NCBI GenBank assembly: GCA_905178155.1
Contig: CAJINV010000005.1
Location: 4,645,036 to 4,709,035 of the forward strand
DNA: 64,000 bases
Direction: 5' to 3'
DNA from: Amoebophrya sp. A120
Lineage: Eukaryota; Protista; Dinoflagellata
Shown: positions 48,601 through 60,100 of the stretch, piece after piece
How positions within the stretch are numbered: position 1 is the first letter of the stretch
Layout of the letters: each line of letters begins with the position of its first letter
Translations under genes and position numbers: made by a program
The notes under the pieces: generated by a model
What the model was told of the DNA's origin: nothing
The model's input: the letters and a program-made list of their open reading frames with translations, nothing else
Database searches by the model: none

Positions 48601-51600
48601 TCTTGGGACGAAAGCCGGTGGCCATTTGCGCTGCCCGAGGTAGGGATGAACAATCTCCCCGCAGTTCCGTCGTCGGAGTTCGTCACCATCTCGATATCCT
48701 GATTGTAGGGTGTCCAACCAGGGCCGCAGGGGTTCTGCTTTTCCTTTTGCACACCAGCAGGTCCTCGCGTTGGCTCCTGGTACGATATTAACTGGGGAGG
48801 ATCAAGAACATACGGGACCACACCTCCGGTTTTTGCGGCGGGAGCTAAAATTCCTCGTCGCAATGGGTCGTTGGTTCTCGTACGCGCTGTTGTACGACTA
48901 TGATCACAGCCTCTTTCTTGTGAGAAAGATGATGCCGAAGCTCCTCCTGCTGAGGGACGTTCTTGTCCTGGAAAATGTTGATTCGTAGATGTTGCAGTAC
49001 TACTTCTAATACGACCAGACGCTGGTGCCGCATGGAAATTGCTCGTCTCCGTCGCCTCTGTCTCGTCCTGAGAGAAGATCTGGAGGTCGATTACGGGCCT
49101 GACCTCTAGAGGCCCAAAACCCTCTACAGGTGGCCGGCGATGCTCTATAGCCTCATCTCTAGAGCTCGCGCCTACAGCTGACCCCTACAGCTCAACGGCC
49201 AAAAGCATTCTTTTTGCTTCTAAAACGTAAACGAGCTGCGAACTATTTGGGGAAGCAGCCGCAGCTACCCGGCGGGCCTACTGCCCCTGGTGCTTACCTA
49301 GGAAACCCGACACCGGGAGCACAGAAACACCGAACCAACCGCGATAGGGCTTTGGCTGACACATCAGAAACAACCAGCCGCATGGTTGTTGCCTCCATGC
49401 TGTGAGGCGTGGCCGCCGGTGCCGAGAGTAAAACTCAAAAACACCACTGACAGGCGTGCCTCTTACTTAGATTTGTTGGGAGGCAACCGCCAGCAGCTGC
49501 GTGGTCCTGCTGCTTGCTACAGGGCATCGGGCCAAGCCTCGCCGAAGGGCAGCCCGGATGGAAAAGCATGCACACAACAAGCCCAAGACCATACGCAAGA
49601 GAAACTCTCGGCGCACAGCGGGGGGCTAATGCGAATGCAGCAGATGTGAGCCGCCGCACCTAAAAGCAAAAACGAAACCTACCTGCGGGCCCCAAGGGTT
49701 CGCTGGCGTTCTCGCCCTAGTAGCCTCCTGGAGGGGAGGCCGCCCGGCGCGGGTCTGCTTTCCATTTCCTAGAAGGTAGACGGCACGACTACCGTGAGGC
49801 GCACCAAGCGGAGGCGCGTGCTCTTATCTACCTCTACCTGACCCGGCTTTTGGCACTACAGAGGCCGGCCGGATCTGGCGCGCTAGGCGTTGGGCTGCAG
49901 TTGGTGGGCCGGTCGCTCTGCTGGCCGCCTTTTCTTATTCATTTTATGTTCCTGGCTGCGCGTGCTCTTCCTTTTTGTTTTTGTACTTTGTTGCCATCAA
50001 GCTGTTTGCCATCATCGCGCGGCGTTAGTGCGTTGGCTGCCCTTCCGGGAACAGCCAGCCCCAAAGCACGCCCCAGCTCTTCGGCCAAGCCTCTTCGAAC
50101 TGTTTCTAGTTGCTGCAGTACTGCTTTTCTATTGTTATGTGCAGATCCCCGCGCCGTTGTGCCAACACGGCGGCGCGAGCCCCAAATACTACTTCTAATA
50201 CGACCAGACGCTGGTGCCGCATGGAAATTGCTCGTCTCCGTCGCCTCTGTCTCAAAACCTCACATACCCCTCCGCGAACCAAAAAAAAAAAATCTTCCGC
50301 GCCGCCCAAATTTCGAGGGGGCTATGCGAGGTTTTGGCTTTCAAAACCTCACATAGCTCTCCGCGATCCAAAAAAAAAATTTCGCGGCGCTGCCGCGCCG
50401 CCCAGATTTCGGAGGGGCTATACGAGGTTTTGAAAATAAAAAGCCCGGGTAGGAAATATGAGTTTTGAACTTTTTCCTACCCGGGGTTTTTTTTTTCAAA
50501 ACCCCGGGTAGGAAATATTTATCAGCTGTTATCACCCTCACAGACGTGCAGAGCAGCGGATAAATATTTCCTCCCCGGGGTTTTGAAAATAAAAACCCCG
50601 GGTAGGAAAAAACGCAAATTGCATTTTTCCTACCCGGGCTTTTTTTCTTTTGCTTACAGTGCCCATAAATATATCCCGCGAGCCCCCGAGCATTGCAGCC
50701 TATCTGCTGCTTGCCCACCTATTTTTCTACGTCTAAGTACGCGCGCACTGCTTTGATGCGCTTCAGAGGGCTGCTCGTTCGAAATTCATGCCCCAATACT
50801 CCCCGCGCAAATGTTCCTCCTGAGCTTCCATCCAGCAGTCCCCCCGCAGAGCAGCCGTCCCCGCGTAGCACTTACCTGAGTATTGAGTCAGTACAGCGCA
50901 ACGTGGCGCATCCAGGTCCAGAACGAGAGCTGCCCGCTTACTTACTACACTGCGCGCACCTACAGTCACAACCTGTAGAAATGTGCGGACTATCAGTTTT
51001 CTTATTTTGGCACGTTTGTGTATTCCTGATGCCTACACTGTGCAAGGTGTTGCAATTGCGGCGCCGATAGACAAAGAAACAGGCGTTGCAAATGCGCAAC
51101 GCGCTTGCGTGGTTCATTATACGGAAACACAAACACCAAAGCCGCCCGGCGCACTGCATTGGGTGGCAGCCGACGGGGACTAAGGTTTCCGAGCTGTCGA
51201 GAGCTTTCTTTGGCTGGCTGTTTCTACTTATACCGTCGCGCTCTTACTTTCCTGTGCAAGCTGCTTCAGAAGCCTACGCCACTGATAAAGCGTAGGCTTC
51301 TTGTAAACAAGCCTCTTGCTTCTTTTGTTGTACGGAACTAAAGGAAGCGCGCCGGCTGCACAAGAGCGAGTAGCTGCAGACGCACCTCCTGGACACGTTC
51401 CGACTTATTTAAATTTTTATTTTCTGCAGCGTTGGGTATGTGACAAGGAGTGAAATGTCCGGACTTATGACAGGGCCGCTAATTAAGTATCTGGGAGTAA
51501 TACGACCAGACGCTGGTGCCGCATGGAAATTGCTCGTCTCCGTCGCCTCTGTCTCGTCCTGTCGCTCCGCCCCGTTTTCTTGCCTCTGCGACGTCAGCAG

Positions 51601-51927
51601 CCAGCGATTTCCGGTCTCGGTTCTCCGGCTGTGCGGCGGCACGAGTCGGCTCAAGCTGACCACGATCATTGGCGGGGCACGTTCTGGTAGCCTACTGCGG
51701 GTTGCTGTTGTGCTAGACAGGGAGATGGCGGCTGTCACCCTCAAGAAGAAAGCGCTGATCATCGCAAACAAACAACAACCCCCGGTTGGAGATGTTGAGA
51801 GGGTAATATGCGACGTTGATGTTCTTGCCTTGCGCGTAGTCGCGGTCGAGGACGAGCATGCCCAGTTCAGCCCAGCACAGCGATGCGCGCATGGGTGCGG
51901 CCGCGTGGACGTGGAGCTGCGCACCAT
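45631..51927 (-). CDS. Low-complexity hypothetical protein, about 868 aa, with 5 introners and a 2.49-kb double insertion (spliced or disrupting)
   Basis: ORF 51409-51927 continues in frame into the 49070-47719 segment once 2491 bp is removed. The remaining joins are in frame to the stop at 45631. Confidence 0.65.
45717..46028. mobile_element. Introner, family D, degenerate
   Basis: TSD ccctg/ctcag; frame restored. Confidence 0.65.
46427..46576. mobile_element. Introner, family C
   Basis: TSD attgt. Confidence 0.9.
46888..47060. mobile_element. Introner, singleton family I (almost fully palindromic)
   Basis: TSD cgcag; inverted arms of about 65 bp. Confidence 0.9.
47091..47350. mobile_element. 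Introner, family A
   Basis: TSD tccac; same subfamily as 52574 and 57343. Confidence 0.92.
47440..47718. mobile_element. Introner, family B
   Basis: TSD cgagt. Confidence 0.93.
49071..50186. mobile_element. About 1.12-kb insert with long target duplication (inferred 73 bp)
   Basis: Host exon sequence from 48998 onward is repeated at 50187-50253. Confidence 0.7.
50254..51497. mobile_element. About 1.24-kb insert with long target duplication (inferred 58 bp) and a hairpin array at its left end
   Basis: Host sequence restarts at 51498, equivalent to 49007. Serial inverted repeats at 50254-50645. Confidence 0.7.
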
Positions 51928-52481
51928 ATTACAACTCTCTGCTGCTGCAGATGAGGGTGGCGAACAACTGGCAGTAGAATCACCAGGACCTTATGCGGAA
52001 CGGAGACAACTGTGTAGTACACGTCAATATCTTGTTCGAGGACGCCGGCCACAGCGACGTCGACGGCTCATCAGGAAGCGGATCATGTTTCATTTGTGAA
52101 CACTCATTCTTCTTTTGTATCAGCAGCTGGGCCTCAATTTCAATTAAGTACGTGCTTTTGCATGACGCATTTGTTTTCTACTTATCTCAACACATGATCG
52201 TCGAGCTCGAGACTACTGATCTGAGAAAGGTTCTTTCAGCTTTACCATTCGCAGATGAAATGTTGACAACTTACAGCCAAGAACAAGAAGAAAGTCCATA
52301 ACTAGAGACGCATGGTTACAGTTAAACGTTAAGTTGTAAGATGCAGACTTGAGCGTTCACCTACTTAAGTAAATCCAGGTTGAGACTTTTTACCCCTGCT
52401 GCCAGCAACAAAATGTTCTGTTGGGTTGGTTCTACCAACATGATAGCGTCATCAAACAAACGCAAATAACCGCCCATGATG

Positions 52482-55400
52482 TCACATATTCCTCATCCCC
52501 GTGACGACGCGGCTATCGCGTTTTTTCAAAATCTCCCCATCATCGCGCAAATTCGCCGCTGCCAGGTAGCTGTTATCAAGTGCAAAAATGTCTGGGTCTG
52601 GAAGAATGCGCGTTTGTCATGCTTGTCTGGCATAACTCTTAAATATGTCACGCACGTTACCCAAGAGCTGCGTTTTTGTGTGATGCAGAAACGCAGTTTG
52701 TCATGCAGAAGAGGCAAAACCTAGAATCTCAGAAGCTTGTCATGCTGAGCCAGCATTTGTGGCCTCATCATGAGACGCCACCCAGCATCACAAGTTTCCA
52801 GACCCAGACATTTTTACATTTGATAGCTGTCCTGCGAAAACGACTCTCCCCGGGCAAATTTTTCCGACGCGGCCAGGTATTATCCTGAGGAAAAACGTGC
52901 CCACCCCATAGTCAAGTTGGGATTGGGAACTTAGCAATACAAATCCAGAAGTTTTGGGAGCACCGCATGACAAGTTGCAGTCCGTAGGTTGTAGTGCAGG
53001 TTAGCAACGGAAACCGCATCAAAAATCCATCTGCTTATCGTGTGTCCGGCATTACAAATACCAAAACACGACTGGAAATGCCTCTCTTGGGGATGCGCAC
53101 TGCAGATGTTCCTGTAGTCGCAAATCTGCATGACAACTCTGGGGTGGGGACATTTTTACACAGAATACGTATTTCGCCAGGTTTCGCCCCGTCAAAACGT
53201 AGGCGTCGCGAATCGACTGGGAAAAGGACACTTGCCCGTATTTCTTGAAAATCAAGGAGAAAGCGCTTTGGTCGTCGTTGTGATTCTTAAACCCCGGGAA
53301 ATTCGGAAACCCCAATACGTTCGGCTCTTCTGTCAGAATCCGTTTATCCTGCACGGCTTCCAACCACTCTTCTAGGATTTTGATCGCAAGGGGAGTCTTG
53401 CGCACGAGAATGATGCCGGACCCAATTTGATTCGATTCGGCGATGGTGGTGTAGTCCATGTTGAGAATATGGGAAGAAAAAAGCATTACAGTTACACACT
53501 GTGATGTTGCAAGACCGGCACCACAGACAGCCTTTCTCATGCAGGAAATGCTTTGGATTCTCATTCCCTTCCTGTGTTCCACCTTTATGTTTCCTGCATT
53601 CCAAGTTTTCTCTCTCATGCAGGGAAAATTTGTGCTGCGGAATTGACAACAAATGTGTAACTCTAACTGTAACACTTTTTTCGTGGGATAGAGAAGGAGG
53701 AACGCGTCGCGCTTCGTGAAATCGCCCTCCATCATGGGGTATCAACTGCAAAAGTGTCTGGGTCTGGAAACTTGTAATGCTGTGTCGGGAATAGTGAAAG
53801 CTCTGTAATGCACAGGCAAGCATGAGAAATATCTGCGCTTCTTCGTGTTGCGTTTTTCGCATGACAAACTGCGTTTTCGCATGACAGGCAAAAGGGTCTG
53901 TCTCTTCTTGGACACGCATCACAAACTTTTCGGTCATGCCAGACAAGCATGACAAATCTCGCAATCTTCCAGACCCACACGTTTTTGCATTTGATATCGG
54001 GGTTAAGGTGGCGGACACGTCGGAACCCCGGAGGTAGCGGGCTATGAAGTGCAAATATGTCTGGGTCTGGAAGGATGCAAGTTTTGTCATGCAGATTTTG
54101 TATGATCCATGCCGCCTGTGATGCATGACCTAGCATGATCGCAGCTTTTGAGGGAGCTTCCTTATGCATATGCCTACTTAATCCGCATGAGAAATGCCAT
54201 CTCCGTGTAGCAGAAGCAGTAAACTGGGCTCCTGTTGCCAGTCATACAATACAGATTTTTTTACGATCCAAGGACAGCATCACTAGTTGCAACGTTCCAG
54301 ACCCAGACATCTTTGGAGTTGATACGGGCGACTAACGGACGGATGTCGTCGAGAAAGGAGATGCCTGGTAGAAGTCGACGGTGTAATTCAATCTAAAAAT
54401 CAATATCAAATTCAAAATCGTACAGAAAAAATAAGTGCACAGTAGAAGCCAAGCTAAAGCCAGCTAATCTTTGTCAGGCAATTATTAATCTTCTTTGTGT
54501 TGAAAGTCAGCATCGCACCGGACGAAGGGGTGCATTTGTGACTTTTCAAATGTTGTCATCATGATAGTTAAAAATCCGTACAACTAAACATAGACGAAAG
54601 TTTGTTGAAAGAACCGCTCTATATTCATTTTTCAGATCTCGAATCTTTCTGATAGTCACCACACAATAGCAGCGGATGGCGAAAAAAGCCTCCCGCTCCT
54701 GATTGTCAGAGACAAAATGCGTGGTATCTCAAAAAAGTGTCATCATGCGAGGTGGCACATGTGGTCGTATGGTCCTTGCGGTTGCGTCGATTCTTTACGT
54801 ATAATATAAAGCAGAGCAGCTGTGACTAACGAAAAGTGGCGAGAATGTATAGCAGATGAGAAGCGAACAGGTGCAACTGAATCTATTAACTATCCGCTGC
54901 TAGAAAAACTAAAACTTTATTTCCTTGCATGATTTTCATTTTTGGATCCTGCGCACGATATGATAGAGATAGACATTGAACAAGTAGTTGTCATAGATTG
55001 ATAAGAGGTCAGTACAACTTCCGCCAGGAGACAAAGAACGTATCTATCATGTGAAAATCTGTAAAATCATACCTGCGTCGGTCCACACGAGTATTTCATT
55101 TTCCTTCACTTTCTCCCTCAAGGCCTTGAGAATCACGTACGGTTTCCAAACGTAGTACCCCACTTTCCCGCTCGGCGTTTTGTACTGGGTCAGCTCCTAT
55201 GAAATGCAAAAGTGTCTGGGTCTGGAAGAATGCAAGTTTGTCATGCTTATCTGGCATGACTCGAGAATCTGTGTTGCATAGGCACGACAGGGCCCTCTTA
55301 CCTGTCATGCAAAAACGCAGTTTGCCATGCGGAATACGTAAGACATGGCAGCCAAAAAATTTGTCATGCGTAGCTGCGTGCTGCAGTGCGTCTATCATTC

Positions 55401-56129
55401 ACTTTTAGCATTACAAGTTTCCAGACCCAGACATTTTTGCATTTGATAGCTCCGGAGTGCGGACGTACTCTAGAAGCTCCTTATTTTTCACTATCCTGGG
55501 TAAAAACGTCCCCACCCCAGCGTCAAGATGGGGAACCTGTGACGCAAATCAGCCAGCTTCGGCTGTTCTTGCGCATGACATCAAGTTTGGCCTCGTAGTG
55601 TAAAAATCCTGTGCGTTTAGCTAGTTCACCAGCGTCACAGATCTGAAATCGCATGCTGATTGGAGCATCACACGAGGACCCGAGACTCAATTATAGAAAA
55701 TGCTTCTCATGGGGCTCCGCATGAGAAACATTTCAAGCATGCAGATTTGCATGACAACTATGAGGTGGGGAAGTTTTTCTTCAGAATATTCGCCGTGAAC
55801 TCTTCATCCAGATCTTCGGCCACCATCCCGTAGGAAATGTCGCACTTTCCGACGGCCACTGCAGTTTCGGAGGATTTTTTCTGGTCCTCTTCACAGCAAT
55901 TCATGGCGAAATTTACATGGACAATTCTCTCGTTGGTCAGGAACTCGGACCCCGGCGGCGTGAAGGAAATTTCCGTTTTTGTAGTAGCCGCGGGAAGAAG
56001 AGAATTCGCCCACGCGGCCTGTTTTTTTTTTTTTTTTGGATATGATGTTGATCCACCTGCTGGATGTCCCGGTTGACAAAAGAGCCCGAACAACCGATCG
56101 CGACTCCAAACAAAAGCAGCCGAACTCAC
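52482..56129 (-). CDS. Putative glycosyltransferase (GYxxWKP / WxDAG / HxDQS type), about 350 aa, 5' end unresolved; 7 introners plus a GT-AG intron
   Basis: Spliced motifs GYYVWKPYVIL, ILVWTDAG, EGDFTKRDAF, EEWL and NHNDDQSAFSL. Canonical intron at 54365-55072. Confidence 0.8.
52574..52825. mobile_element. Introner, family A
   Basis: TSD gctgt. Confidence 0.92.
52881..53167. mobile_element. Introner, family B
   Basis: TSD ggtat/cgtat. Confidence 0.88.
53468..53690. mobile_element. Introner, family G-like
   Basis: TSD gagaa. Stop-free and 3n with the TSD, so it is hidden inside ORF 53052-53735. Confidence 0.87.
53740..53996. mobile_element. Introner, family A
   Basis: TSD tgggg/tcggg. Confidence 0.9.
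54043..54324. mobile_element. Introner, family A
   Basis: TSD cgggc. Confidence 0.9.
55198..55448. mobile_element. Introner, family A
   Basis: TSD gctcc. Confidence 0.92.
55492..55788. mobile_element. Introner, family B (divergent)
   Basis: TSD ttcac/ttcgc; related to 61593 in opposite orientation. Confidence 0.85.
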
Positions 56130-56960
56130 GCCAGAAATACCGTCCGACTTTCATCGTGTTTGACCTTTCCACCTCTTCAAAATGTATCGCATTGAAAAGC
56201 TTTTGTTGCTGCCTTCACAACACACAGCGCCCGCGCCCAGAAAAAACCCGAATCAGGTGCGGTTTGTCTCTACGAGTGCGCACTTGCACACGACTTGAGG
56301 AGGTGTTGGGAAGGCAAAAAGCAACCCAAAATCCTGCCAGAAATGCCGTCCGAGTCAGCTCGTGTTTGACCTTTCCACCTCGTGGAAATTATCACAGAGA
56401 AAAGTTTATGTTGCGGCATTCACAAAGACAACAGATCGCGCCCACGAAAAACCCGAATCAGGTGCGGTTTGCCGACAAGGGCGCGCACTTGCACATGACT
56501 TGAGGGGGTGTTGGGAAGGGAAAAAGCGACCCGAAGTCCTTCCAGAAATACCGTTCGACTCCCCTCGTGTTTGAGCTTTCCACCTCTTGAAAATTATCGC
56601 ATTGAAAAGTTTGTGTTGCGCGCTTTTCTTTTCAATAGCAATTTATTTTGAAAATTGGCCAGGGCCGGGCGGGACTGCAATGTTCCCGAAAAAATTGAAA
56701 GAAAACGAACCTCGTGTATGAGCGTGCACAGGCGGCTGGCAGGAACGGCCAAGACAAAATTCGGGATGAGGTCGTTTTTGCAAAATTGGCGATAGCCGTG
56801 CCTAGCAAAATGCATTGAAAAATTCAAAAAAGACGCGCCTCGCGGGCGAACCCGGACAGGCGCGCGGCAGGAACGGCTAAGACGAAATTCGCGATGAGGT
56901 CACTTTTACAAGATTAGCGATAGTGTCACCATTAAAAATGCACTGAAAAATGGAAAAAAC
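56130..56960. repeat. Diverged tandem repeats (about 205-bp unit x 2.3, then about 125-bp unit x 2)
   Basis: cgtgtttga.ctttccacctc near 56155, 56361 and 56566; ggcaggaacggc.aagac.aaattcg.gatgaggtc near 56738 and 56866. Confidence 0.75.
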
Positions 56961-57104
56961 ACGCACACTGCGTTTGAGGTCGGCCGGGTCACCGGCAAAA
57001 AGTGCAGACCTCAAGAACACCAAAAAGCCCGCCCGTGCCCTCCCCCGACCGCGGCTATCCGGAGCAAAGCCTTTGCGTTTGCCCGAGCAAATGATAATGA
57101 TCTT

Positions 57105-60100
57105 CTATAGGCCACAAAATAAGACGAATGCGTGGCAACACAACAATGAAGCAGTTGTACTTCTTTCCCATATCATGTTGACAAATACCTTTTTCTTCTT
57201 TCCCGAAGTTCTACTACCGCCCGCTGGACCTTCGGAGTTGTCTTTTCTCCTCACAATTTTCGTCCCAGTGCTGGCAGCACTGCTGACCCACTCAAACGCC
57301 GCCTTCTCCCCGTCTTTCTCCACCGAGGTTATCAGCGGCGTTTATGCATTGCAAATGTGTCTGGGTCGTCTGGAAACTTGTGATGCTGGGGGCGTATCAT
57401 GAGGAGGCCACAAGTGCTGGCTCAGCATGACAAGTATCTGAGCTCCTTCTACATGTTGTCTATTCTGCATGACAAACTGCGTTCTTTCTGCATGACAAAA
57501 TTATGGAGCTCTTGGGTAATGTGCACGAGAGATTTAAGAGTCAGGCCAGACAAGCATGACAAACATGCATTCTTCCAGACCCAGACATATTTGCACTTGA
57601 TAGCGTTGCGTCCCGGACGAAACACTGCCGGTCGTTCTGCTCGAACAGATATCCTCTGCAAAAGCATCGTACTTGTAGTAATCGCATTTATGCATGACAA
57701 ATATCTTTTTCAAGGTAAATCAACATGAGAAATTCAATTTGTCATGCTGAGCAAATTTGTAATGCGATTACTACTAGATCTAGAACTAGTGCGATGCTTC
57801 TGCATTTCATAACAGAGCCGCTTCGTTCGCCGCGGTCGCGTGTAGCACGTTCTCGATGTTTGGTCCGTCGCACGTCACGCCGCCATATCAAATGTAAAAA
57901 TGTCTGGGTCTGGAAGACTGCAAGATTTGTCATGCTGATCTGGCATGGCCCTTAAATCTGTATTGCGTGGCCACAAACAGCCTCTTCCGCCTGTCATGCA
58001 AAAACGCAGTTTCTCATGCGGAATAAGCAGCACAGAAGCACGAAGCAACTTGTCATGCTTGACGGCGCATTACAGTGCATTTGTTATTGACTGACTTGCA
58101 TCACAAGTTTCCAGACCCAGACATTTTTGCATTTCATACACCACACACGTCCGCACCCAGCTGCGCGCACAGGTTCATCGCGTGCTTCAACGATTTAAAC
58201 TTGTAGTCCTCGAGATTGACCACGCTGCCCGCAAGCGAAACCTTGTCGTGGATTGCCCAACCGTTAATGTAGCGCGACGTTGTACTAGCACTTCTTGGGG
58301 CGGATGAAGTAGAACCTGTTCCAGCTGCAGCAGTTCTTGTGCCACTACTGCTCTCAACAGAGGGAGGCACAGTCGAACTACTGCTCCCTACTCGAGTTGT
58401 GTAAGAATCCGTTGGGTAAGAAGCGGAAGGCGATACGAGAGAGTTCCACTGCTCGACGTAGCCCTTATGCATTGCAAAGGTATCGCATTCGTATAGATTT
58501 AAATGCATTGCAAATTGAAATTTCCTCAGCATTTGTAATGCATATTTGCCTTGGAAAAAAGATTTGTAATGCAAGACTTGCATTTGTATGAGTACGATAC
58601 TTTTGCACAGGATAGCCCTCCATCGGGGTAGTCACGTTCCCGGGCGTGCTATGACAGTGCACAACTTTCCCTCCCCCTCACTTGTCATGCAAAATCCCAA
58701 ATCCAGTCGCTCTCGCTTCCCTGTGGCTCTGTTTGCATGAGAAATTTCGAAAACCCAAACAGTACTACAGTAGGCACATAAATTTGCAATGCACGGGCTC
58801 CAGGGTCGCTGGCGTTTGTATTGCTGTTCATGCGATACACATGAGAGGGAGGGGGAGTTGTGCAGTGTCATACGTGCTCGGTGCGGCGTAGTAGGACTTC
58901 CAGGTCCGTCTTCGGGGCGACACACTGGACCTCGACACCCGGATCGGGTGGTTTGCCGGGCCGATATGCGGTTCTCAGGCGTTGCACTCTCATGATTTGT
59001 CATGCAAAAAGACTATCACTCGTCACACGATCAAGCCTTCTTCGCATGCCAACTTCTCGCTGCGCTAAATACCGCCAGAACAATCTGTCCGCCAAAATCT
59101 GTAATGCAAAAGGCGCAAGAATCTACTTCCTCCTTTCACTTTTGCCATTCTTGCATTACAAATTCATGATGTAACTGAGAATCTTCCCATAGCCGATGGT
59201 CCCGCTGTAGAGGATATCGTAAATCCGGTGTCGCTCATGTTCCGACATGAGTTTTTGAAGCGAGAAAAACACGATGTTCTCAGATTTCCCAAACCACCCG
59301 TCGGTAGTGACGAACGTGTTTTCCGATTCGTAGAAGTGGATGAAAAACAAGTGGTAGTGAAGAAAATCGTCCTCTGCGAAGGAAACCGTCGGCACCCGAT
59401 CCGTCATGAAGGGGCCGAAACAGAGCCGGTCTAAAGCCCGCGGTAAGTACGTGAATGGGAAGAAGTAAACCAGGGACAACAAATCGGTCAAAAACAGCAA
59501 CCCGCGGTTCGATCCTTTCACGGCTAACAAGTCCATCCCTCGGGTTTTGTGCGGATTGAAGAATTCCGTTTCGACATTGACGTCCTTTACCCACAGGTAG
59601 GGGAACGGATTCCGGACCCAGAAGTGACTGATAGAAACGTACGCCATGTCCATCCCTGCGAGAACGCCGATCCGCATGTAGCCGAGAACGGACAAGAAGC
59701 TGGAGGATTCGGACAACTTCGGTAAACACATGTATTTCTCCAAAGTGTGGTCCAGTTTGGACAACTGCCCGGACGCGACCGACTTGCACTGCAAATCCAG
59801 GCTGTTCTGCTGTTGCGGATCACTGGACAACACGATCCCCAACCCCCCCTGCTTCATACTGTATTTCGCCCGGCGGAGCCAGTTTTTCAACCAAGTAATG
59901 CTCCCCTTATCGACGCTGGTCAAGACGATCCGGTTATTTCGCTGAATTTTCGACAACCGCCAGTAGATCTCGTTGTTGTCCTCTTTGGTGAGCACCCGCT
60001 TCTGCAGGATCTGGGCCTGCATTTCCTCGGTTATGGACGATTGTGGGATAACGTTGACGGCGTGCGGTTTGGCTTGACTGGAGTTGGGGTCTCCGGAGGA

